A DNA stretch of 64,000 nucleotides. It comes from Auanema rhodensis (taxonomy: Eukaryota > Animalia > Nematoda). The stretch is from contig CAXKVF010000073.1 in the NCBI GenBank assembly GCA_964057225.1, positions 558,001 to 622,000 of the forward strand, in the 5' to 3' direction. The first letter of the stretch is position 1. The number at the start of each line of letters is the position of its first letter. The position numbers and the translations under genes are program-made. The notes under the pieces were generated by a model, which was not told where the DNA came from, ran no database searches, and saw only the letters and a program-made list of their open reading frames with translations. This document shows, one piece after another, positions 14,001-27,429 of the stretch.

Positions 14001-17000
14001 TTTCACGTGAAGCGAGTTACATACCAAGTGCACATCACGTGTACATTTAATTAGCATAAATTAAAGTTCACGTAAATTTCAAAGTCATGGTTACCATGAA
14101 CCAATATCAATAAAAATTTGTTTTTAGACTAATATGGACATGGGGAATCTAATTTTGAAAACCGCATTTCTTTATCTTTCACGTGAAGCGAGTTACATAC
14201 CAAGTGCCCATCACGTGTACATTTAATTAGCATAAATTAAAGTTCACGTAAATTTCAAAGTCATGGTTACCATGCACCAATATCAATAAAAATTTGTTTT
14301 TAGACTAATATGGACATGGGGAATCTAATTTTGAAAATCGCATCTCGTTATCTTTCACGTGAAGCGAGTTACATACCAAGTGCACATCACGTGTACATTT
14401 AATTAGCATAAATTAAATTTCACGTAAATTTCAAAGTCATGGTTACCATGCACCAATATCAATAAAAATTTGTTTTTAGACTAATATGGACATGGGGAAT
14501 CTAATTTTGAAAACCGCATCTCTTTATCTTTCACGTGAAGCGAGTTACATACCAAGTGCACATCACGTGTACATTTAATTAGCATAAATTAAAGTTCACG
14601 TAAATTTCAAAGTCATGGTTACCATGCACCAATATCAATAAAAATTTGTTTTTAGACTAATATGGACATGGGGAATCTAATTTTGAAAACCGCATCTCTT
14701 TATCTTTCACGTGAAGCGAGTTACATACCAAGTGCACATCACGTGTACATTTAATTAGCATAAATTAAAGTTCACGTAAATTTCAAAGTCATGGTTACCA
14801 TGAACCAATATCAATAAAAATTTGTTTTTAGACTAATATGGACATGGGGAATCTAATTTTGAAAACCGCATCTCTTTATCTTTCACGTGAAGCGAGTTAC
14901 ATACCAAGTGCACATCACGTATACATTTAATTAGCATAAATTAAAGTTCACGTAAATTTCAAAGTCATGGTTACCATGAACCAATATCAATAAAAATTTG
15001 TTTTTAGACTAATATGGACATGGGGAATCTAATTTTGAAAACCGTATCTCTTTATCTTTCACGTGAAGCGAGTTACATACCAAGTGCACATCACGTGTAC
15101 ATTTAATTAGCATAAATTAAAGTTCACGTAAATTTCAAAGTCATGGTTACCATGCACCAATATCGATAAAAATTTGTTTTTAGACTAATATGGACATGGG
15201 GAATCTAATTTTGAAAACCGCATCTCTTTATCTTTCACGTGAAGCGAGTTACATACCAAGTGCACATCACGTGTACATTTAATTAGCATAAATTAAAGTT
15301 CACGTAAATTTCAAAGTCATGGTTACCATGAACCAATATCAATAAAAATTTGTTTTTAGACTAATATGGACATGGGGAATCTAATTTTGAAAACCGCATC
15401 TCTTCATCTTTCACGTGAAGCGAGTTACATACCAAGTGCACATCACGTGTACATTTAATTAGCATAAATTAAAGTTCACGTAAATTTCAAAGTCATGGTT
15501 ACCATGCACCAATATCAATAAAAATTTGTTTTTAGACTAATATGGACATGGGGAATCTAATTTTGAAAACCGCATCTCTTTATCTTTCACGTGAAGCGAG
15601 TTACATACCAAGTGCCCATCACGTGTACATTTAATTAGCATAAATTAAAGTTCACGTAAATTTCAAAGTCATGGTTACCATGCACCAATATCAATAAAAA
15701 TTTGTTTTTAGACTAATATGGACATGGGGAATCTAATTTTGAAAACCGCATCTCTTTATCTTTCACGTGAAGCGAGTTACATACCAAGTGCACATCACGT
15801 GTACATTTAATTAGCATAAATTAAAGTTCACGTAAATTTCAAAGTCATGGTTACCATGCACCAATATCGATAAAAATTTGTTTTTAGACTAATATGGACA
15901 TGGGGAATCTAATTTTGAAAACCGCATCTCTTTATCTTTCACGTGAAGCGAGTTACATACCAAGTGCACATCACGTGTACATTTAATTAGCATAAATTAA
16001 AGTTCACGTAAATTTCAAAGTCATGGTTACCATGAACCAATATCAATAAAAATTTGTTTTTAGACTAATATGGACATGGGGAATCTAATTTTGAAAACCG
16101 CATCTCTTCATCTTTCACGTGAAGCGAGTTACATACCAAGTGCACATCACGTGTACATTTAATTAGCATAAATTAAAGTTCACGTAAATTTCAAAGTCAT
16201 GGTTACCATGCACCAATATCAATAAAAATTTGTTTTTAGACTAATATGGACATGGGGAATCTAATTTTGAAAACCGCATCTCTTTATCTTTCACGTGAAG
16301 CGAGTTACATACCAAGTGCCCATCACGTGTACATTTAATTAGCATAAATTAAAGTTCACGTAAATTTCAAAGTCATGGTTACCATGCACCAATATCAATA
16401 AAAATTTGTTTTTAGACTAATATGGACATGGGGAATCTAATTTTGAAAACCGCATCTCTTTATCTTTCACGTGAAGCGAGTTACATACCAAGTGCACATC
16501 ACGTGTACATTTAATTAGCATAAATTAAAGTTCACGTAAATTTCAAAGTCATGGTTACCATGCACCAATATCAATAAAAATTTGTTTTTAGACTAATATG
16601 GACATGGGGAATCTAATTTTGAAAACCGCATCTCTTTATCTTTCACGTGAAGCGAGTTACATACCAAGTGCACATCACGTGTACATTTAATTAGCATAAA
16701 TTAAAGTTCACGTAAATTTCAAAGTCATGGTTACCATGAACCAATATTAATAAAAATTTGTTTTTAGACTAATATGGACATGGGGAATCTAATTTTGAAA
16801 ACCGCATCTCTTTATCTTTCACGTGAAGCGAGTTACATACCAAGTGCACATCACGTGTACATTTAATTAGCATAAATTAAAGTTCACGTAAATTTCAAAG
16901 TCATGGTTACCATGAACCAATATCAATAAAAATTTGTTTTTAGACTAATATCGACATGGGGAATCTAATTTTGAAAACCGCATCTCTTTATCTTTCACGT

Positions 17001-20000
17001 GAAGCGAGTTACATACCAAGTGCACATCACGTGTACATTTAATTAGCATAAATTAAAGTTCACGTAAATTTCAAAGTCATGGTTACCATGAACCAATATC
17101 AATAAAAATTTGTTTTTAGACTAATATCGACATGGGGAATCTAATTTTGAAAACCGCATCTCTTTATCTTTCACGTGAAGCGAGTTACATACCAAGTGCC
17201 CATCACGTGTACATTTAATTAGCATAAATTAAAGTTCACGTAAATTTCAAAGTCATGGTTACCATGCACCAATATCAATAAAAATTTGTTTTTAGACTAA
17301 TATGGACATGGGGAATCTAATTTTGAAAACCGCATCTCCTTATCTTTCACATGAAGCGAGTTACATACCAAGTGCACATCACGTGTACTATTAATTAGCA
17401 TAAATTAAAGTTCACGTAAATTTCAAAGTCATGGTTACCATGCACCAATATCAATAAAAATTTGTTTTTAGACTAATATGGACATGGGGAATCTAATTTT
17501 GAAAACCGCATCTCTTCATCTTTCACGTGAAGCGAGTTACATACCAAGTGCACATCACGTGTACATTTAATTAGCATAAATTAAAGTTCACGTAAATTTC
17601 AAAGTCATGGTTACCATGCACCAATATCAATAAAAATTTGTTTTTAGACTAATATGGACATGGGGAATCTAATTTTGAAAACCGCATCTCTTTATCTTTC
17701 ACGTGAAGCGAGTTACATACCAAGTGCACATCACGTGTACATTTAATTAGCATAAATTAAAGTTCACGTAAATTTCAAAGTCATGGTTACCATGCACCAA
17801 TATCAATAAAAATTTGTTTTTAGACTAATATGGACATGGGGAATCTAATTTTGAAAACCGCATCTCTTTATCTTTCACGTGAAGCGAGTTACATACCAAG
17901 TGCACATCACGTGTACATTTAATTAGCATAAATTAAAGTTCACGTAAATTTCAAAGTCATGGTTACCATGCACCAATATCAATAAAAATTTGTTTTTAGA
18001 CTAATATGGACATGGGGAATCTAATTTTGAAAACCGCATCTCTTCATCTTTCACGTGAAGCGAGTTACATACCAAGTGCACATCACGTGTACATTTAATT
18101 AGCATAAATTAAAGTTCACGTAAATTTCAAAGTCATGGTTACCATGAACCAATATCAATAAAAATTTGTTTTTAGACTAATATGGACATGGGGAATCTAA
18201 TTTTGAAAACCGCATCTCTTCATCTTTCACGTGAAGCGAGTTACATACCAAGTGCACATCACGTGTACATTTAATTAGCATAAATTAAAGTTCACGTAAA
18301 TTTCAAAGTCATGGTTACCATGCACCAATATCAATAAAAATTTGTTTTTAGACTAATATGGACATGGGGAATCTAATTTTGAAAACCGCATCTCTTCATC
18401 TTTCACGTGAAGCGAGTTACATACCAAGTGCACATCACGTGTACATTTAATTAGCATAAATTAAAGTTCACGTAAATTTCAAAGTCATGGTTACCATGCA
18501 CCAATATCAATAAAAATTTGTTTTTAGACTAATATGGACATGGGGAATCTAATTTTGAAAACCGCATCTCTCTATCTTTCACGTGAAGCGAGTTACATAC
18601 CAAGTGCACATCACGTGTACATTTAATTAGCATAAATTAAAGTTCACGTAAATTTCAAAGTCATGGTTACCATGCACCAATATCAATAAAAATTTGTTTT
18701 TAGACTAATATGGACATGGGGAATCTAATTTTGAAAACCGCATCTTTTTATCTTTCACGTGAAGCGAGTTACATACCAAGTGCACATCACGTGTACATTT
18801 AATTAGCATAAATTAAAGTTCACGTAAATTTCAAAGTCATGGTTACCATGCACCAATATCAATAAAAATTTGTTTTTAGACTAATATGGACATGGGGAAT
18901 CTAATTTTGAAAACCGCATCTCTTTATCTTTCACGTGAAGCGAGTTACATACCAAGTGCACATCACGTGTACATTTAATTAGCATAAATTAAAGTTCACG
19001 TAAATTTCAAAGTCATGGTTACCATGAACCAATATCAATAAAAATTTGTTTTTAGACTAATATGGACATGGGGAATCTAATTTTGAAAACCGCATCTCTT
19101 TATCTTTCACGTGAAGCGAGTTACATACCAAGTGCACATCACGTATACATTTAATTAGCATAAATTAAAGTTCACGTAAATTTCAAAGTCATGGTTACCA
19201 TGAACCAATATCAATAAAAATTTGTTTTTAGACTAATATGGACATGGGGAATCTAATTTTGAAAACCGCATCTCTTTATCTTTCACGTGAAGCGAGTTAC
19301 ATACCAAGTGCACATCACGTGTACATTTAATTAGCATAAATTAAAGTTCACGTAAATTTCAAAGTCATGGTTACCATGCACCAATATCGATAAAAATTTG
19401 TTTTTAGACTAATATGGACATGGGGAATCTAATTTTGAAAACCGCATCTCTTTATCTTTCACGTGAAGCGAGTTACATACCAAGTGCACATCACGTGTAC
19501 ATTTAATTAGCATAAATTAAAGTTCACGTAAATTTCAAAGTCATGGTTACCATGAACCAATATCAATAAAAATTTGTTTTTAGACTAATATGGACATGGG
19601 GAATCTAATTTTGAAAACCGCATCTCTTTATCTTTCACGTGAAGCGAGTTACATACCAAGTGCACATCACGTGTACATTTAATTAGCATAAATTAAAGTT
19701 CACGTAAATTTCAAAGTCATGGTTACCATGAACCAATATCAATAAAAATTTGTTTTTAGACTAATATGGACATGGGGAATCTAATTTTGAAAACCGCATC
19801 TCTTTATCTTTCACGTGAAGCGAGTTACATACCAAGTGCCCATCACGTGTACATTTAATTAGCATAAATTAAAGTTCACGTAAATTTCAAAGTCATGGTT
19901 ACCATGCACCAATATCAATAAAAATTTGTTTTTAGACTAATATGGACATGGGGAATCTAATTTTGAAAATCGCATCTCGTTATCTTTCACGTGAAGCGAG

Positions 20001-23000
20001 TTACATACCAAGTGCACATCACGTGTACATTTAATTAGCATAAATTAAATTTCACGTAAATTTCAAAGTCATGGTTACCATGCACCAATATCAATAAAAA
20101 TTTGTTTTTAGACTAGTATGGACATGGGGAATCTAATTTTGAAAACCGCATCTCTTTATCTTTCACGTGAAGCGAGTTACATACCAAGTGCACATCACGT
20201 GTACATTTAATTAGCATAAATTAAAGTTCACGTAAATTTCAAAGTCATGGTTACCATGCACCAATATCAATAAAAATTTGTTTTTAGACTAATATGGACA
20301 TGGGGAATCTAATTTTGAAAACCGCATCTCTTTATCTTTCACGTGAAGCGAGTTACATACCAAGTGCACATCACGTGTACATTTAATTAGCATAAATTAA
20401 AGTTCACGTAAATTTCAAAGTCATGGTTACCATGAACCAATATCAATAAAAATTTGTTTTTAGACTAATATGGACATGGGGAATCTAATTTTGAAAACCG
20501 TATCTCTTTATCTTTCACGTGAAGCGAGTTACATACCAAGTGCACATCACGTATACATTTAATTAGCATAAATTAAAGTTCACGTAAATTTCAAAGTCAT
20601 GGTTACCATGAACCAATATCAATAAAAATTTGTTTTTAGACTAATATGGACATGGGGAATCTAATTTTGAAAACCGCATCTCTTTATCTTTCACGTGAAG
20701 CGAGTTACATACCAAGTGCACATCACGTGTACATTTAATTAGCATAAATTAAAGTTCACGTAAATTTCAAAGTCATGGTTACCATGCACCAATATCGATA
20801 AAAATTTGTTTTTAGACTAATATGGACATGGGGAATCTAATTTTGAAAACCGCATCTCTTTATCTTTCACGTGAAGCGAGTTACATACCAAGTGCACATC
20901 ACGTGTACATTTAATTAGCATAAATTAAAGTTCACGTAAATTTCAAAGTCATGGTTACCATGCACCAATATCAATAAAAATTTGTTTTTAGACTAATATG
21001 GACATGGGGAATCTAATTTTGAAAACCGCATCTCCTTATCTTTCACGTGAAGCGAGTTACATACCAAGTGCACATCACGTGTACATTTAATTAGCATAAA
21101 TTAAAGTTCACGTAAATTTCAAAGTCATGGTTACCATGCACCAATATCAATAAAAATTTGTTTTTAGACTAATATGGACATGGGGAATCTAATTTTGAAA
21201 ATCGCATCTCGTTATCTTTCACGTGAAGCGAGTTACATACCAAGTGCACATCACGTGTACATTTAATTAGCATAAATTAAATTTCACGTAAATTTCAAAG
21301 TCATGGTTACCATGCACCAATATCAATAAAAATTTGTTTTTAGACTAGTATGGACATGGGGAATCTAATTTTGAAAACCGCATCTCTTTATCTTTCACGT
21401 GAAGCGAGTTACATACCAAGTGCACATCACGTGTACATTTAATTAGCATAAATTAAAGTTCACGTAAATTTCAAAGTCATGGTTACCATGCACCAATATC
21501 AATAAAAATTTGTTTTTAGACTAATATGGACATGGGGAATCTAATTTTGAAAACCGCATCTCTTTATCTTTCACGTGAAGCGAGTTACATACCAAGTGCA
21601 CATCACGTGTACATTTAATTAGCATAAATTAAAGTTCACGTAAATTTCAAAGTCATGGTTACCATGAACCAATATCAATAAAAATTTGTTTTTAGACTAA
21701 TATGGACATGGGGAATCTAATTTTGAAAACCGCATCTCTTTATCTTTCACGTGAAGCGAGTTACATACCAAGTGCACATCACGTATACATTTAATTAGCA
21801 TAAATTAAAGTTCACGTAAATTTCAAAGTCATGGTTACCATGAACCAATATCAATAAAAATTTGTTTTTAGACTAATATGGACATGGGGAATCTAATTTT
21901 GAAAACCGCATCTCTTTATCTTTCACGTGAAACGAGTTACATACCAAGTGCACATCACGTGTACATTTAATTAGCATAAATTAAAGTTCACGTAAATTTC
22001 AAAGTCATGGTTACCATGCACCAATATCGATAAAAATTTGTTTTTAGACTAATATGGACATGGGGAATCTAATTTTGAAAACCGCATCTCTTTATCTTTC
22101 ACGTGAAGCGAGTTACATACCAAGTGCACATCACGTGTACATTTAATTAGCATAAATTAAAGTTCACGTAAATTTCAAAGTCATGGTTACCATGCACCAA
22201 TATCAATAAAAATTTGTTTTTAGACTAATATGGACATGGGGAATCTAATTTTGAAAACCGCATCTCCTTATCTTTCACGTGAAGCGAGTTACATACCAAG
22301 TGCACATCACGTGTACATTTAATTAGCATAAATTAAAGTTCACGTAAATTTCAAAGTCATGGTTACCATGCACCAATATCAATAAAAATTTGTTTTTAGA
22401 CTAATATGGACATGGGGAATCTAATTTTGAAAACCGCATCTCTTCATCTTTCACGTGAAGCGAGTTACATACCAAGTGCACATCACGTGTACATTTAATT
22501 AGCATAAATTAAAGTTCACGTAAATTTCAAAGTCATGGTTACCATGAACCAATATCAATAAAAATTTGTTTTTAGACTAATATGGACATGGGGAATCTAA
22601 TTTTGAAAACCGCATCTCTTCATCTTTCACGTGAAGCGAGTTACATACCAAGTGCACATCACGTGTACATTTAATTAGCATAAATTAAAGTTCACGTAAA
22701 TTTCAAAGTCATGGTTACCATGCACCAATATCAATAAAAATTTGTTTTTAGACTAATATGGACATGGGGAATCTAATTTTGAAAACCGCATCTCTTCATC
22801 TTTCACGTGAAGCGAGTTACATACCAAGTGCACATCACGTGTACATTTAATTAGCATAAATTAAAGTTCACGTAAATTTCAAAGTCATGGTTACCATGCA
22901 CCAATATCAATAAAAATTTGTTTTTAGACTAATATGGACATGGGGAATCTAATTTTGAAAACCGCATCTCTCTATCTTTCACGTGAAGCGAGTTACATAC

Positions 23001-26000
23001 CAAGTGCACATCACGTGTACATTTAATTAGCATAAATTAAAGTTCACGTAAATTTCAAAGTCATGGTTACCATGCACCAATATCAATAAAAATTTGTTTT
23101 TAGACTAATATGGACATGGGGAATCTAATTTTGAAAACCGCATCTTTTTATCTTTCACGTGAAGCGAGTTACATACCAAGTGCACATCACGTGTACATTT
23201 AATTAGCATAAATTAAAGTTCACGTAAATTTCAAAGTCATGGTTACCATGCACCAATATCAATAAAAATTTGTTTTTAGACTAATATGGACATGGGGAAT
23301 CTAATTTTGAAAACCGCATCTCTTTATCTTTCACGTGAAGCGAGTTACATACCAAGTGCACATCACGTGTACATTTAATTAGCATAAATTAAAGTTCACG
23401 TAAATTTCAAAGTCATGGTTACCATGCACCAATATCAATAAAAATTTGTTTTTAGACTAATATGGACATGGGGAATCTAATTTTGAAAACCGCATCTTTT
23501 TATCTTTCACGTGAAGCGAGTTACATACCAAGTGCACATCACGTGTACATTTAATTAGCATAAATTAAAGTTCACGTAAATTTCAAAGTCATGGTTACCA
23601 TGAACCAATATCAATAAAAATTTGTTTTTAGACTAATATGGACATGGGGAATCTAATTTTGAAAACCGCATCTCTTTATCTTTCACGTGAAGCGAGTTAC
23701 ATACCAAGTGCACATCACGTGTACATTTAATTAGCATAAATTAAAGTTCACGTAAATTTCAAAGTCATGGTTACCATGCACCAATATCGATAAAAATTTG
23801 TTTTTAGACTAATATGGACATGGGGAATCTAATTTTGAAAACCGCATCTCTTTATCTTTCACGTGAAGCGAGTTACATACCAAGTGCACATCACGTATAC
23901 ATTTAATTAGCATAAATTAAAGTTCACGTAAATTTCAAAGTCATGGTTACCATGAACCAATATCAATAAAAATTTGTTTTTAGACTAATATGGACATGGG
24001 GAATCTAATTTTGAAAACCGCATCTCTTTATCTTTCACGTGAAGCGAGTTACATACCAAGTGCACATCACGTGTACATTTAATTAGCATAAATTAAAGTT
24101 CACGTAAATTTCAAAGTCATGGTTACCATGAACCAATATCAATAAAAATTTGTTTTTAGACTAATATGGACATGGGGAATCTAATTTTGAAAACCGCATC
24201 TCTTTATCTTTCACGTGAAGCGAGTTACATACCAAGTGCCCATCACGTGTACATTTAATTAGCATAAATTAAAGTTCACGTAAATTTCAAAGTCATGGTT
24301 ACCATGCACCAATATCAATAAAAATTTGTTTTTAGACTAATATGGACATGGGGAATCTAATTTTGAAAATCGCATCTCGTTATCTTTCACGTGAAGCGAG
24401 TTACATACCAAGTGCACATCACGTGTACATTTAATTAGCATAAATTAAATTTCACGTAAATTTCAAAGTCATGGTTACCATGCACCAATATCAATAAAAA
24501 TTTGTTTTTAGACTAGTATGGACATGGGGAATCTAATTTTGAAAACCGCATCTCTTTATCTTTCACGTGAAGCGAGTTACATACCAAGTGCACATCACGT
24601 GTACATTTAATTAGCATAAATTAAAGTTCACGTAAATTTCAAAGTCATGGTTACCATGCACCAATATCAATAAAAATTTGTTTTTAGACTAATATGGACA
24701 TGGGGAATCTAATTTTGAAAACCGCATCTCTTTATCTTTCACGTGAAGCGAGTTACATACCAAGTGCACATCACGTGTACATTTAATTAGCATAAATTAA
24801 AGTTCACGTAAATTTCAAAGTCATGGTTACCATGAACCAATATCAATAAAAATTTGTTTTTAGACTAATATGGACATGGGGAATCTAATTTTGAAAACCG
24901 CATCTCTTTATCTTTCACGTGAAGCGAGTTACATACCAAGTGCACATCACGTATACATTTAATTAGCATAAATTAAAGTTCACGTAAATTTCAAAGTCAT
25001 GGTTACCATGAACCAATATCAATAAAAATTTGTTTTTAGACTAATATGGACATGGGGAATCTAATTTTGAAAACCGCATCTCTTTATCTTTCACGTGAAG
25101 CGAGTTACATACCAAGTGCACATCACGTGTACATTTAATTAGCATAAATTAAAGTTCACGTAAATTTCAAAGTCATGGTTACCATGCACCAATATCGATA
25201 AAAATTTGTTTTTAGACTAATATGGACATGGGGAATCTAATTTTGAAAACCGCATCTCTTTATCTTTCACGTGAAGCGAGTTACATACCAAGTGCACATC
25301 ACGTGTACATTTAATTAGCATAAATTAAAGTTCACGTAAATTTCAAAGTCATGGTTACCATGAACCAATATCAATAAAAATTCGTTTTTAGACTAATATC
25401 GACATGGGGAATCTAATTTTGAAAACCGCATCTCTTTATCTTTCACGTGAAGCGAGTTACATACCAAGTGCCCATCACGTGTACATTTAATTAGCATAAA
25501 TTAAAGTTCACGTAAATTTCAAAGTCATGGTTACCATGCACCAATATCAATAAAAATTTGTTTTTAGACTAATATGGACATGGGGAATCTAATTTTGAAA
25601 ACCGCATCTCCTTATCTTTCACATGAAGCGAGTTACATACCAAGTGCACATCACGTGTACATTTAATTAGCATAAATTAAAGTTCACGTAAATTTCAAAG
25701 TCATGGTTACCATGCACCAATATCAATAAAAATTTGTTTTTAGACTAATATGGACATGGGGAATCTAATTTTGAAAACCGCATCTCTTCATCTTTCACGT
25801 GAAGCGAGTTACATACCAAGTGCACATCACGTGTACATTTAATTAGCATAAATTAAAGTTCACGTAAATTTCAAAGTCATGGTTACCATGCACCAATATC
25901 AATAAAAATTTGTTTTTAGACTAATATGGACATGGGGAATCTAATTTTGAAAACCGCATCTCTTTATCTTTCACGTGAAGCGAGTTACATACCAAGTGCA

Positions 26001-26905
26001 CATCACGTGTACATTTAATTAGCATAAATTAAAGTTCACGTAAATTTCAAAGTCATGGTTACCATGCACCAATGTCAATAAAAATTTGTTTTTAGACTAA
26101 TATGGACATGGGGAATCTAATTTTGAAAACCGCATCTCTTCATCTTTCACGTGAAGCGAGTTACATACCAAGTGCACATCACGTGTACATTTAATTAGCA
26201 TAAATTAAAGTTCACGTAAATTTCAAAGTCATGGTTACCATGCACCAATATCAATAAAAATTTGTTTTTAGACTAATATGGACATGGGGAATCTAATTTT
26301 GAAAACCGCATCTCTTCATCTTTCACGTGAAGCGAGTTACATACCAAGTGCACATCACGTGTACATTTAATTAGCATAAATTAAAGTTCACGTAAATTTC
26401 AAAGTCATGGTTACCATGCACCAATATCAATAAAAATTTGTTTTTAGACTAATATGGACATGGGGAATCTAATTTTGAAAACCGCATCTCTTTATCTTTC
26501 ACGTGAAGCGAGTTACATACCAAGTGCACATCACGTGTACATTTAATTAGCATAAATTAAAGTTCACGTAAATTTCAAAGTCATGGTTACCATGCACCAA
26601 TGTCAATAAAAATTTGTTTTTAGACTAATATGGACATGGGGAATCTAATTTTGAAAACCGCATCTCTTCATCTTTCACGTGAAGCGAGTTACATACCAAG
26701 TGCACATCACGTGTACATTTAATTAGCATAAATTAAAGTTCACGTAAATCTCAAAGTCATGGTTACCATGCACCAATATCAATAAAAATTTGTTTTTAGA
26801 CTAATATCGACATGGGGAATCTAATTTTGAAAACCGCATCTCTTTATCTTTCACGTGAAGCGAGTTACATACCAAGTGCACATCACGTGTACATTTAATT
26901 AGCAT

Positions 26906-26911
26906 AAATTA
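26906..26911 (+). other. Target-site duplication, left copy (AAATTA; right copy 31714-31719)
   Basis: Monomer positions 156-161 are present on both sides of the insertion. Exact length is ambiguous because TTA also matches the tail and A31714 also matches the satellite tag. Confidence 0.8.
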
Positions 26912-26933
26912 TTTATTTATTTATTTATTTATT
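26909..26933 (-). repeat. LINE 3' terminal microsatellite tail (TAAA)n, ~6 units
   Basis: Plus strand TTATTTATTTATTTATTTATTTATT directly abuts the satellite. Short-repeat tails instead of poly(A) are typical of CR1/L2 elements. Confidence 0.9.
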
Positions 26934-27429
26934 CGTTCTATATCACAGATTCTTGATAATCAAAAGCTTATTGTGAACGTAGGTATACTGCGAAAAAGCA
27001 TCTTACAATATGAACTGGGAAAGTAAATTAAAAATTAGAATCAGAAAAATTAGAAAAAGGATGAAAGTGGTAAATAGTTGTATAATAGAATAGACTAGAA
27101 TACAAGAAATATAACATAACGATATTGAAGCATATGAGATTCTATTACTATTTCTCAGCAGTTTGTGAAAACAAAAACAGATTATGTTCAGCAAAGTTTG
27201 ATGAACTGACTCTTTAAATATAGCTGATCAGGTGCGGTGGAACTCAGAAATGAGTCAAGCCCGTTCTAATAGCAAAGAGAAAAACTGTTACTCATTGCTA
27301 CGACTGATGTTGATACAGTATAGATGACAGTAGCAGTCTGGCAGAAAAAAAAAAAAAGTAAGAAAAGAACCTTGTATGTTAATTGAAAAGAAAACGATGA
27401 TACAGATTAAAAAAAAAAAAAAGTAATAG
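26934..27429 (-). other. LINE 3' UTR (~500 bp) with two U-runs and a candidate terminal stem-loop
   Basis: Lies between the ORF2 stop and the tail. A-runs on the plus strand at ~27345-27357 and ~27409-27422, each followed by GTAA. Nested inverted repeats at 26943-26976. Confidence 0.75.

Larger units (their letters stand above)
1..26911. repeat. 176-bp tandem satellite array, left arm (~153 monomers, runs off the window start)
   Basis: TCAAAGTCATGGTTACC recurs at 1, 177, ... 8271, ... 26751. The phase fits 176-bp periodicity with only two 1-bp deletions (~278, ~4325). Monomers differ by roughly 0-4 substitutions; hand count gives 57/176 GC. Confidence 0.99.
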
